The notes: generated by a model from the letters alone, not told the origin. Positions 11,326 to 23,204 are shown, numbered from the stretch's first letter. The stretch: 64,000 nucleotides of DNA from Octopus sinensis (GCF_006345805.1 NC_043002.1:98146001-98210000), one strand, 5' to 3'. A program made the numbers and translations.

Positions 11326-11727
11326 GGGCAAGTGTGTTTTGTTATAGCCTCCGACTGACCAAAGCTTTGTGAATGAGTATAGCAGACCGAAACTGAAAGA
11401 AGCCCATCGTATATGCACACATTCACAGACACACGTATACACACGCAAATTAGCATATAAATATACACACACACACACGCACACACACTCACAAATATGT
11501 ATAATTGTACATACATATGTGTGTGTCTTTTATGTTTGTGTCTGAACCACCATCGCTTGACAACTGGAGTTGGTTTATTTACGTTCCCGTAACTCAGAAG
11601 TTCGGCAAGAGACGGTAGAATAAGTACCATGCTAAAAACTAGTTAGTAGGTCATTTGTTCGTCTAAAACATTCCAAGGCGTTGCACTATCATGGTCGTGG
11701 TCTAATGGACTGAAACAATTAAAAGAG
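11326..11727 (+). mobile_element. SINE family A, diverged, 5'-truncated
   Basis: gggcaagtgt..gaaactgaaagaagccc..tail ggactgaaacaattaaaagag. Confidence 0.8.
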
Positions 11728-11878
11728 AAAATTTATACACACACACACACACGCACGCACACACACACACACATATTAAATAAGAAGGAAAATGTACACA
11801 CTTAATATATTTTCTAATATATTTTATACTGTGTTTGTCTACTGGTTTCGCTTTCACTAATTATGACATTGAAATTAT

Positions 11879-12096
11879 CTTATTTCTTTATTGTCCACAG
11901 GGAGCTAAACATAGAGGGGACAAGCAAGGATAGACAAGGGGATTAAGTCGATTACATCGACCCCTGTGGTTAACTGGTACTTATTTTAATCGACCCCAAA
12001 AAGATGAAAAGCAAAGTCGACCTCGGCGGAATTTGAACTCAGAACGTAACGGCAGACGAAATACCACTAGGCATTTCGCCCGGCGTGCTAACGTTT
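11879..12096 (-). mobile_element. SINE family D, slightly 5'-truncated
   Basis: 12-bp TSD cattgaaattat at 11867-11878 and 12097-12108. Confidence 0.9.
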
Positions 12097-13060
12097 CATT
12101 GAAATTATTGTAATTTCGTACTTTTTAAAGACTTTTGTCTATTTTGTGTGTAGAGAAGTTTGTGAATGAATGATTCAACAAGTACAAAAAAATCTAAGGG
12201 GAGGTAATTGGTGATCATTACTATTGGGGACAGGGGAGGTAATAGCTCATCTTTTGAGGAGGGGATGAATAAATATACACAAAACATCGAAAGCTAAAGT
12301 AGTGAGATGAAATATGTACAGTGATAGGTATGTGATCATGAATTAAAAATATATACTGAGATCAAAGTTGGTTCTGTATATTTAGACGTCTTCTGTATTT
12401 TTCTATGGACAAATTTTCTTTATTTAAACGTTCTTGTATAGAAATTGGTTCTTTGCACCGGTAGATGGAGATAACTGTGAAGTTTGGCTGCACCTCTCTT
12501 TATGTGCTCACTCAAAGGAATCTGTCAGTATTGCGGGAACCAGATCTGTTCCTTATGTAGTGTGATTCTCCGTCTCTGTCATACTTGTCTGTCCTATATA
12601 ATCATGTCCACAACCTGAGCAAGTTATAACATAAATTAGATTCTCAGAAGCACAAGAGAAGTTGGTTTTAATCGCGAACCTCTCTCCTTGTTTGATAGCA
12701 ATTCCGAGCCTTCCAGTAGGTTGGAGCATGTTCCACAGTTTGGGCGTTCATATTTTTTAACTGTTGGCTTCGTGGTTGTTGTGTAATGCTTCTCGTTTGT
12801 TAAAAGTCTTTCCTTAGAAGCGATTTGTGTTGCTTTTTGCATTTGATGAATTTATGTGTTTTCAGAATGATGTTCATTTTTGGATCCTTATTTAGCATAG
12901 GTAAATGTTATACAACAGTGTTGTATGCCTCATTGTTTCTAGGGTTGTGAGTTGATATGTGCTGTAGTGTTTTGAGATAAGGTGTTATTTTTTTTGCCTT
13001 TAGTGTTTTAATGTTTAATTTCTTAGCACGTTTAATTCCATCGTCTATAATTGAGGGTGA

Positions 13061-13443
13061 GAGGTGCAATGGCTCAGTGGTTAGGGCAGCGGACTCGCGG
13101 TCATAGGATCGCGGTTTCGATTCCCAGACCGGGCGTTGTGAGTGTTTATTGAGCGAAAACACCTAAAGCTCCACGAGGCTCCGGCAGGGGATGGTGGTGA
13201 TCCCTGCTGTACTCTTTCACCACAACTTTCTCTCACTCTTTCTTCCTGTTTCTGTTGTACCTGTATTTCAAAGGGCCGGCTTTGTCACTCTCTGTGTCAC
13301 GCTGAATATCCCCGAGAACTACGTTAAGGGTACACGTGTCTGTGGAGTGCTCAGCCACTTACACGTTAATTTCACGAGCAGGCTGTTCCGTTGATCGGAT
13401 CAACCGGAACCGTCGTCGTCGTAACCGACGGAGTGCTTCCAAG
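13061..13443 (+). mobile_element. SINE family B, full length
   Basis: tRNA-like head (tggctcagtggttaggg...ggtttcgattccc); 9-bp TSD tgagggtga at 13052-13060 and 13444-13452. Removal restores the RT frame RQYSPSIIDDG. Confidence 0.95.
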
Positions 13444-13735
13444 TGAGGGTGAATATTGTCTTTCAGTTAGTATTGTTCTGAAGTTTTGAAGGTGAAGGTC
13501 CTGAGTATTTCTATCAGATACTATTGTGCAAATCCTATTTGCTAAATTAAAGGGGATATTTCTTTTGGTGTGTTTCAGGTGGCATGAACTAAATAGGAGA
13601 TATTGCTTTGAGTCCTTTGATTTGAGATAAATGTCAGTTATAATTTGGTCGTTGACTTTTTTTTATCATAATATCCAAGAAAGGGAGCTGTTCTTTGCTG
13701 TAGTCCATTGTAAATTGAATCTTAGGCTTTATATT

Positions 13736-13926
13736 CTTTTCTACTCTAGGCACAAAGCCCGAAACTGTTGGGGAGGGGACCAGTCGATTAGATCAACTCT
13801 AGTACGCAACTAGTACTAGAATGACAGGCTAAATCGGCGGAATTTGAACTCAGAACATAAAGACAGACGAAATAACGCTAAGCATTTCACCCGGCGGCTA
13901 ACGTTTCTGCCAGCTCGCCGCCTTTG
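13736..13926 (-). mobile_element. SINE family D (old-tail subfamily)
   Basis: 14-bp TSD ttaggctttatatt at 13722-13735 and 13927-13940. Removal restores ILNNIKPKIQFTM. Confidence 0.9.
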
Positions 13927-14376
13927 TTAGGCTTTATATTATTTAATATTGATTCAAATTTCAAAAGTTTATTAATGGTCTCCTACCAGAAGATAAAGCA
14001 ACCATCCAGGTTTCTTTTCCAGTTCTCTCTTATATAATGGTGGGCGAATTCCAAATATTAGGTTCACAAAAACAGGGCTGCTTTCATTTCCATCGCAATT
14101 TCACATTTTTGACGATAGTTGGTGTCATCAAATGGGAAATAATTGTTCTGAAGTATTAATTTTTAAAGTTTCAATAATGAAAACCTGGTTTCTGCGCTCT
14201 GGAAGTACTTTAAGACAATTTTCCAACCAGAATTTTATTGCTTCTATTCCATAGCCATGCGGGATGTTGAGGGTGAAGATTAATAACATCGAAGGAAACC
14301 AATAACGTCTCTTCATTGTTTTTGGTAGGTGCTCATGCATGTCTAGATCGTCTTTAATGAAACTTTTGATGTATCT

Positions 14377-14427
<51 letters not shown>

Positions 14428-14436
14428 TATATATAT

Positions 14437-14500
14437 AACACTCTACTTGTTCCACGCCCTCGCGTTACTGTGTTTTCTTTTTGTGTTTGCATGTTTGGAT

Positions 14501-14507
<7 letters not shown>
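14437..14507 (+). mobile_element. Terminal fragment of a Penelope-LTR-like repeat
   Basis: Matches 50255-50340 (ttgttccacg.cctcgcgtt.ctgtgtttt...gtttggattaactatata); flanked by (TA)n. Confidence 0.6.
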
Positions 14508-14536
<29 letters not shown>

Positions 14537-14541
<5 letters not shown>

Positions 14542-14760
14542 TCATAAATGAGGGTGAAAGATTAGAAATTAATTTAATAATACCATCAGTTTAACACCAA
14601 GTTGCCTAGCATATAAAAAACAGGGAGACAATACAAATTATACGTAAATATAAGAGAGTTACCGTTAAGTGGTTAACTCTAGTGCTAAAAATAGCTCCTT
14701 ATTCTGGTAATGCCACCGAATAGAGTTAACCACTTAACGGTAACTCTCTTATATTTACGC
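14537..14760 (-). mobile_element. AT-rich (TA)n-flanked repeat with perfect 39-bp inverted repeat
   Basis: 14643-14681 is the exact reverse complement of 14721-14759 (39-nt spacer); homologous to 10550-10790. Confidence 0.75.
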
Positions 14761-14765
14761 ATATA

Positions 14766-14797
<32 letters not shown>

Positions 14798-14798
14798 C

Positions 14799-14966
14799 TT
14801 ACTCTTTTACTTGTTTCAGTCATTTGACTGCGGCAATGCTGAAGCACCGCCTTTAGTCGAGCAAATCGACCCCGGGACTTATTCTTTGTAAGCCCAGTAC
14901 TTGCTCGACTAAAGGCGGTGCTCCAGCATGGCCGCAGTCAACTGATTGAAACAAGTAAAAGAGTAA
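14799..14966. repeat. Fold-back of two SINE-A 3' tails
   Basis: Arms 14799-14864 and 14901-14966 complementary at 62/66; 36-nt spacer of SINE-A sequence. Confidence 0.9.
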
Positions 14967-15260
14967 AGAGTAAGAGAGATAGGCGGTGGAATTTGATGTG
15001 TTTATAAAATAGTCGATGAGGGTTTCTTTGTGTTTAGCACTTTATATATATCGGTATTGTATTTTTAGGTGTTTAATTTTATTAATTTTTATTAATTTTT
15101 TTGATTATTTCATTTTAGAATTTTAATATTTGTAATTTTTAAAATATATTAGTAAGTTTTATATATTCTTATTATATTTTTATTCACATTCTTATTTTTC
15201 TATTGAATATATCTTAGAATATGTAGTTTTAAGTTCGATCCGTTAATAATAACAAGAAAA

Positions 15261-15345
15261 ATAGCCTGAGGACGCACTGATGGATTTATGTATTAGGTAT
15301 ACACTGGTTAAACAAACCACCAGCGCAGAAACACGTGTAGCGTTG
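15261..15345 (+). ncRNA. Partly decayed type-I hammerhead motif
   Basis: gc CTGAGGA cgcactgatgg...ccaccagcgca GAA ACACGTGT A gc. Palindromic stem III and GUA site; stem I only about 2 bp and stem II has mismatches. Confidence 0.5.
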
Positions 15346-16424
15346 ATTAAAATTATCTTCTTTCCTCACAGACTAATAACAGGTTAAGGTATATCTATGT
15401 TTCAAATATTTTAAAAATAAGTTTAAAATTATTTTTATAGAACTTTAATTTTATTGTACTTTATAGTAGGCTTTAAAATGCTTATATTATTATATTGGAC
15501 TTGGCTTTGTATGTGTATTCCTGAAAATAAGGTTGTCCTGAAATAGAAGTTGTGGTTCTATTGGTAAAATCCCAAATTTCTAATTATATATAATACACAA
15601 ACAGCGGCTTTGGTCAGTCTGGTGCTACAGTAGGGGAACTTGCTCAATGTGGGATTGAACCTAAAAGTACATGGTTGCGAAGCGAGCTTCTTAATCATAC
15701 AGCCATGTCTGCATCTATTTTGCACAATCACTGTCCTGCCACCGGTAAATGAAAAGTCCAACATCTCGGTCACCAGTCAGCTTTTTGCTGTGTGACAACT
15801 TTATGCTGATGACCTCTTGATACTGGTGACCTTAATTTTGCTGCGTGACTTCTTTATACTGCTGACCTCATTTATATTTGCATGACCTCTTTAAACAACT
15901 ATGACTATGCTAAAAAGTCAGGTTTTCTTTGCAGCCATATTTCAACTAATTATTTTTCAACGCCAAACTAAACATTTAATGGTGACCTCCATCAATTATC
16001 TCAGCCGTCAATAAGCTATTGAAAGTGACCATTTCCGAGTCAACCGATCATTTCCTAGCTGACTTGAATACTTAATAAGTATGACACTAATTATCTCAAC
16101 ATACAGCAGCAGCCTGGTGAATGTATAAATTGGTGGCAAAACAGACGAATGCATATAATATCCGGTATATTTAGCTTGAAGTTCCCTTCACCGTCGAATT
16201 TTTTTATCTCTTTAAAGATCTTCAGCTGTTGCAATCTACAAAAGAAGACTTCAATTATTTAAAGTATTCCATTTGTTGTTGCCCACCACTGATATATGTA
16301 TACAGATAGATAGATAGATAGATAGATAGATATACACACATACACACACACACACATATATATGTATGTATATATATATATATATATATATATACATACA
16401 TACATACATACATACATATTTATA

Positions 16425-16455
<31 letters not shown>

Positions 16456-16494
16456 CTCTTTCTATCTATCAATTTTTAGCCGGACGAATTCATC

Positions 16495-16745
16495 CCTGTT
16501 CTTTTTTTTTAAGACTGTTGCTTATTCTACAGGTCTCTTTTGCAGAAATGTTAAGTTACGGTGACAATTACACACACATGCGCGCGCACGCACACACACA
16601 CGGCAGGCTGTCTACCAAATCCACTCGCAAGGCTCTTGTCGACCCGTGGCTATAGCAGAAGGGAACACTTGCCCAAAGTACCACGCCGGAGGACTGAACC
16701 CGGAACCATGTGGTTGGGAAGCAAGCTTCTTACCACACAGCCACG
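16495..16745 (-). mobile_element. SINE family A, diverged
   Basis: gtctaccaaatccactc..ctatagcagaa..cccggaaccatgtggttgg..cttaccacacagcc. Confidence 0.8.
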
Positions 16746-17920
16746 ATTGAAAGAAAATTAAATTACGAAAAAAAAAACACAGCTCTAATAATTATTAGAG
16801 TCAACATAACGAAAGTCTTTCATATATTACAATAAAATATTTGTAACGAATGATATTAGTTAATTCCCCATGGACTCTTTATTAATGATTTGTATGTTCC
16901 CATAATACATATTCACGCTAATGCAACCTTAGCCATTATAAGTTAAGTCATGTAACGTTTGTTTTTCTTTTCCTTATTTTCCTTTTTGTTCAGTCACAAA
17001 AGGATGAACTCGGCGGATTTTGAACTCAGAGCGGAAATAGCGTGAGGTATTTTAGCAAACGCTCTACCGACTTTGCCAGTTGGTTGGTCAGGACTTAAAC
17101 AACAACAACAACAACAATTGTAAACAGAGCATTGAGTCCAACGGCGCTTTACTGATTTTGCCTCTCCGCTTCTTACACCATGTCACCGACCTTCCAATTA
17201 GCGGTAATTATTTATTTCTATATGATTAGCCAGGAGATTAACATTATCAATCACTAGTATGTGACACCGATATATTAAATGTTAAACCACAACATGCTCT
17301 CTCTTGTAATGCAATGCATCGAATAAAAATAATCCCTCATCTCATTATCAACGGGAAATAAGGAGATTGTCATGTTACTACAAAATGTCTGCCATCAAAA
17401 GAATTACAAAGATTAAGGTTGGCTTCTTTTTCACAGGATACAAATACGACCGCTACGAAGATCCATTAAAGTGTTGCATCCCTATCTGACTTATAGTTGA
17501 AGTAATTCGAAGAGATACGACTTCAGCTTATGATTGGTAACGTAAATTGTGTGGCGTAGGAAGAGGCGGTTAGCAGAACGCGAGCGAGCGAGACAGTTGT
17601 GGAGTCCAGCTAAGGCTTTACCTAATATTAAACTATAATATAATTATTTTCGTAATAACGCCTGAACACGCAAATGTCTACTCTGCTAATACAAAAACAC
17701 ATACACACGGGCGCACACAAACACGCACGCATACACACACACATACAAAGAAACAATACACACAGACAGACACACGCATACACGCAAACGTACATATATA
17801 CACATAGAGCAGGCGCATGTCGTACATAGACACATACACACCCACAACAGTATGTATACATACATATATATATATATGTATATATGTGTATATGTGTGTG
17901 TGTGTATGTATATATGTATA

Positions 17921-18038
17921 AGTTAAGTTAATTGTTTGGCTCAAAAAGCAAAAAGCAAGGCCATGTAGGGGGACATGGAGTTATGTACAGGGGTGTTCAT
18001 GCAAAGGGTTCAGGCCATTTCTGGTCAAGAGAGACTTT
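17921..18038 (-). mobile_element. CR1-type LINE 3' UTR fragment
   Basis: Same sequence as 42250-42360 (ggctcaaaaagcaaaaagcaaggccatgtagggggacatgg). Confidence 0.8.
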
Positions 18039-18093
18039 GTATATATATATATATATATATATATATTGTGTGTGTGTGTGTGTGTGTGTGTGT

Positions 18094-18320
18094 ATGGCCT
18101 AGTGGTTAGGGCAGCGGACTCGCGGTCGCAGGATCGCGGTTTCGATTCTCAGACTGGGCGTTGTGTGTGTTTATTGAGCGAAAACACCTAAAAGCTCTAC
18201 GAGGCTCCGGCAGGGGGTGGTGATCCCTGCTGTACTCTTTCACCACAATGGCGGTGCCCCAGCATGGCCACAGCTCAAGAGCTGAAACTGGAAAAACAAA
18301 AACAAAAAAACAAAAAACAA
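18094..18320 (+). mobile_element. Chimera: SINE-B 5' part + SINE-A 3' tail
   Basis: SINE-B sequence to caccacaat (18249), then ggcggtgccccagcatggccacag...ctgaaac. Confidence 0.8.
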
Positions 18321-18834
18321 TATGTGTGTGTGTATGTGTGTGTTGTATAAAAGGGATAAGTTATCCTGGTGGATACCGTATCATCTCTCAAATTGGTATA
18401 GATGCCGGCTATCCGGTTATCCACAACAGTCCATTACATAGTACTCAAGCTTAAAGGAGATACTGGTATTGGTAAATGTCACCCGTTGAGTAATTCCTTA
18501 CTCCTGCTCAGAACTGCAAATATTCCGTAGAGTATATATACATACAGGGAATGCGAGCGCTAAGCTGTGGTGTACATATAAATACAAACTTGTTGCTAGG
18601 GAACGCTATATCATATTTTCTCGTAGAGAAAATTTCCCACGTTGCCGTTTCCGGTATTTGATGCTGAGAAGGAGATAACCACTCCGAAATGAATGCATCC
18701 ATCAGCCTGATTAGAGGGTGCTACAATATGGCTCGGTGTGTTTACACTTATCTGTGTACAGTGAGACATATTCTGCATGACAAAATTCAATGATAGGCTT
18801 TCTTACGGGTTCGAATATGTCCCAGGCATATTTG

Positions 18835-18876
<42 letters not shown>

Positions 18877-18899
18877 CGTACGTACACACACACAGACAC

Positions 18900-18921
<22 letters not shown>

Positions 18922-18930
<9 letters not shown>

Positions 18931-19006
18931 TACGCGCATTCACATATACATAATATATTAATGTATGTGTCAAGCTTACATATATAAATACATATATCTA
19001 TCAATT

Positions 19007-19048
<42 letters not shown>

Positions 19049-19636
19049 TATGTATGTAAGTATGTATGTATATATGTACATATTTCTATATATATATACA
19101 TATATGTTACATCATATACATGTATACACATATATATTAACTTACGAAGTGTATATATCCTAGATGAATAGGTCGTCTCATAAATAGATTAATCGATTAA
19201 TCGATATGTAGATAGACAGATAGATAGACAGATAAGCAGGTAGATGTATATTACTGCATATCTCTCCCGCCTTCGCTCCAGAGAGTAGAGTCTTAGCTGT
19301 TTCAGCCTTACTCAGTAGCTGCGCTGTTGCAAAGAGACGATCTTCTTGTGTACCTTCAAAGGATGCTTCAAGGTTCGCTGTTAATTTTACTTTGTGGGGT
19401 GACCATAGTTGGAAGCAGTAGTCCAGAAGGGTGAGGACGAATGTCCTCCAGAGGACGATCATGGTTTCCTTCTCTCTGGTTCTGACTTCAGTCATGTAAC
19501 CACTCTCCAAGTTTTCCAGCTATGTCGAGATCGCGCCGTTTGTGGTATATCATACCATGATCAACTTCATCAACTTGATTTCAACTCCGTAAGAAGTGAA
19601 AATTCTTGACTTTTTTCGCATACCAGTACCCCTCTC

Positions 19637-19672
<36 letters not shown>

Positions 19673-20374
19673 ACCACACACATACACGCATTCACATATA
19701 CATAATATATTAATGTATGTGTCAAGCTTACATATATAAATACATATATCTATCAATTTATATATGTGTGTGTGTGTGTGTGTGGTGTGTGTCTATGTAT
19801 GTAAGTATGTATGTATATATGTACATATTTCTATATATATATACATATATGTTACATCATATACATGTATACACATATATATTAACTTACGAAGTGTATA
19901 TATCCTAGATGAATAGGTCGTCTCATAAATAGATTAATCGATTAATCGATATGTAGATAGACAGATAGATAGACAGATAAGCAGGTAGATGTATATTACT
20001 GCATATCTCTCCCGCCTTCGCTCCAGAGAGTAGAGTCTTAGCTGTTTCAGCCTTACTCAGTAGCTGCGCTGTTGCAAAGAGACGATCTTCTTTGTGTACC
20101 TTCAAAGGATTGCTTCAAGGTTCGCTGTTAATTTTACTTTGTGGGGTGACCATAGTTGGAAGCAGTAGTCCAGAAGGGTGAGGACGAATGTCCTCCAGAG
20201 GACGATCATGGTTTCCTTCTCTCTGGTTCTGACTTCAGTCATGTAACCACTCTCCAAGTTTTCCAGCTATGTCGAGATCGCGCCGTTTGTGGTATATCAT
20301 ACCATGATCAACTTCATCAACTTGATTTCAACCTCCGTAAGAAGTGAAAATTCTTGACTTTTTTCGCATACCAG

Positions 20375-20410
<36 letters not shown>
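18922..20410. repeat. About 745-bp near-identical tandem duplication bounded by (CT)n tracts
   Basis: Anchor gaataggtcg at 19166 and 19911; the units differ mainly by single-base indels and microsatellite length. Confidence 0.95.
19250..19620 (-). pseudogene. CR1-group LINE RT fragment (copy 1; copy 2 at about 19990-20365)
   Basis: RTREKETMIVLWRTFVLTLLDYCFQLWSPHKVKLTANLEA; the alternative frame gives the RLKQLRLYSLERRRERY motif. Confidence 0.8.
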
Positions 20411-20413
<3 letters not shown>

Positions 20414-20759
20414 AATATTTTTAAATGTTTTTTTTTTTTTTTAGTTTCATTTTTTTTAGTTTTGGCATTATTCTAAGTGTACAGCCTGTTTCCTTTTTCT
20501 ACTGTTGCTTCTACGAGGCTCGATCTCTTTCGGTGCTGATATCTCAGACATGTCATAGCAGACTTAGATTGGTATTTCCTTTCGTTTTTTTTTATTTTTA
20601 TGTTACATATTCAATTAGTTTACGTGTCTCTTATGTTCCCAACGCCGTCCTTTAATTACATACATCGTTTTTCCTAACCTTTTAGTTACAAAACCATCCT
20701 CTCAGCCTTCTTTACCGTTTTTGTACATTTTAAAATGAATTTTATCTCCTACTTGGAAA

Positions 20760-22945
20760 TGTTTTGTTGCCTTTTCTATATTTACTTAATATATTTTTTC
20801 CTGACAATAATTTATCGAAGATCGATTTTATTTATCGCGTGAACTTTAACTCTCCTGAACTAGTATTCACATTGGGCATTACTCTATATACCCTCAGAGG
20901 CGGCGAGCTGGCAGACATGTTAGCACACCGGGCGAAATACGTAGCCGTATTTCGTCTGCCGTTACGTTACGTTCTGAGTTCAAATTCCGCCGAGGTCGAC
21001 TTTGCCTTTCATCCTTTCGGGGTCGATAAATTAAGTACCAGTTTCGCACTGGGATCGATGTAATCGACTTAATCCCTTTGTCTGTCCTTGTTTGTCCCCT
21101 CTATGTTTAGCCCCTTGTGGGTAGTAAAGAAATATATATACCCTCAAGGATTTCGTTAGGGCTTCGTCATTTCCTACGTCATTCCTTGCGTTTTTATCAA
21201 CGAATCTTTCTACCTGCCCGTTTGGTCTCAGGTGGTAGCGCGAGGTAAAAATATGCTTTATCGCATGTATTTTGCATAAATTTTTGAATTCACTACCCGT
21301 AAATTGTGTTCCATTATCTGATACCAACGTGTCTGGAACACCGTATCGGGCAAATAATTCATAGAGGAATTTTATTGTTGTCTTTGCGGTTGGTTTATTG
21401 CACCTGCATACCTCTGGCTACTTTGCACCGCTAACAGCGATGATTAAATAGTATACGCCGTTCACCGGTCCAGCGTAGTCGATATGCACCCTGGACCACG
21501 GACTATCCATCTCAGGCTATAGTTGGTATTTCACTGTGATGCTTTGGCTGCTAGTGCACAACCTCTACCTAATTTTATGTAATTCTTAATTTCTCGGCCC
21601 AATGACGGCCAATACACATAGCTCCTCATTAATGCTTTTATTGTCAACATTCTCAGGTGTCCACTGTGGAATTCCTGCAATACTTGTTTCTGTAGTGCTG
21701 TTGCTACTACCGCTCTTTGCAGGTAAATGAAAACATCGTCAATTAGTTAAAAATTATTCATATTTGCATTTCTATTTTGTTTATTTTTCAACATTTCCTT
21801 CATTCTTGTAATGTAATTATTCTCTGCAGATTTCATTTGTACATCACGTGCTGTCACTGACAGTTCGTGAACAACATAACACATTTTTAATCAATTTTTT
21901 TCTTCAATTCAGCTGCTGAGTTCTTTTCACTGGCGGGGAAGCCATTTAATTTTTTACAGTACCGGCTTATTGGGAGGTCCCATAGGTCAAATAACTCCAA
22001 CCAGTCGGTACCAAACAGATTGATTGCGTTTTTACGACGTAAACTTTCGCCTGGCAAGCTTTTCCTTGGAATGTGACACCATTCCACATTTTGCCTACAA
22101 AGTGTAGTTTGTCACTCGTCACACCACCTGCAGTTTTCGCTGTTTTTTTAACATAGGTTTCCCTATTTTCTTCCATGTGTCGGTGTTAATGATTGGAAAG
22201 TCACTACCAATATCCAGTTGTAATTTAATATTTTTATCCGTTTACTTTTACGTGTACAAATATCCATATTTGGGAGTCAATTTTACTTTCTGCTGAGAGC
22301 ACTTGAAAATTTGTTACATTTAGCCTTCGTAATTTTGTTCTGCAGTGTGAACTCTTAATGTCCAAATTTTTGACGACTGTAACATTTTTGGTTTTTGATA
22401 CGGCAATCTTTTCTGAAATGTAGGCCGCCACATCCGTAACATGGATTAGTACCTAGCAATCTTCTTTGGTTATACTTTCTTGGTCCACACATCTGTATTT
22501 TTGCGAAGTCCTTTTCCTGAATTCTTCTTACGTTGTGTTTCAGGTTTACCACCATTTGAAACTCTTCTGCAAAAGACTGAAGGGTTAAATATTAATTCGC
22601 TTGTTCAAGTTTTGAAAGAATTCTTGCCCGTATTTCTGTATCTTCATTTGCTGTAAGGCCTTGTACAAAAATGAGGCACTTAGACATTTCAAGGGTAAGT
22701 TCTTTAAGTTTAAAACTTTCACACATTCTGTTGACTGTTCCTGCATAGGTAATAAAGTCATCATGCTCTTTTTGTAATTAAATTCCAACATTCCATTGAA
22801 GTGCTAAATAGAAAATTTTTATCACCAAACTTGTTAGACAGTAACTTGATTTCACTAGACTTTTTGGGCAATATGAAATTATAGTATCGTTCATGCTCAG
22901 AAGCTAATTTACGTAATAATAACCTTACTTTTTCTTCGTCCGACC
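20760..22945 (-). pseudogene. Ty3/gypsy LTR-retrotransposon remnant (gag, protease, integrase; most of RT/RH missing)
   Basis: WSDEEKVRLLLRKL..YYNFILPKK; knuckle CYGCGGLHFRKDC; protease LQLDIGSDFSIIN; integrase WSRVHIDYAGP..FARYGVPDTLVSDNGTQFTGSEF..PNGQVERFV..KSIFDKLL. Confidence 0.9.
20897..21134 (+). mobile_element. SINE family D, full monomer (defines unit ends)
   Basis: 12-bp TSD tatataccctca at 20885-20896 and 21135-21146; inserted in the gypsy integrase. Confidence 0.95.
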
Positions 22946-22951
22946 ATGCCT

Positions 22952-22995
<44 letters not shown>

Positions 22996-23094
22996 TACAT
23001 ATATATATATATATATATGTTTGTATGTATGTATACATACGTATATATACATACATACACCTTTATATACAGTTGACAATTGTGGAACACGACT

Positions 23095-23116
23095 GTCACT
23101 ACTACTACTTCTACTA

Positions 23117-23159
<43 letters not shown>

Positions 23160-23170
23160 CACTACTACCA

Positions 23171-23203
<33 letters not shown>
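23095..23203. repeat. (TAC)n trinucleotide microsatellite
   Basis: Directly visible. Confidence 0.95.

Positions 23204-23204
<1 letters not shown>

Larger units (their letters stand above)
12380..14388 (-). pseudogene. Penelope-like retroelement remnant (RT + GIY-YIG endonuclease), interrupted by two SINEs
   Basis: Minus translation gives TLNIPHGYGIEAIKFWL; WKRNLDGCFIFW (decayed YxDD); IQFTMDYSKEQLPFLDI; TDIYLKSKDSKQYLLFSSCH..KRNIPFNLANRI; then FSCASENLIYVITCSGCGHDYIGQT..RRRITLH (GIY-YIG). Confidence 0.9.

Noticed and set aside
13061-13135. tRNA gene candidates (SINE-A, -B, -D heads)
   Set aside because: A/B boxes are present but cloverleaves are imperfect and each continues into a SINE body, often with TSDs.
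16200-16230. CTGAAGA-tct/aga-GATA on the minus strand
   Set aside because: GAUA rather than GAAA, and no stem I or III.
17426-17500. Splice-acceptor-like ttctttttcacag followed by a short frame (YKYDRYEDPLKCCIPI*)
   Set aside because: All frames close quickly; no recognisable protein or partner exons.
18390-18830. Unique, compositionally balanced stretch as a possible exon
   Set aside because: Only short ORFs with no recognisable motif in six frames.
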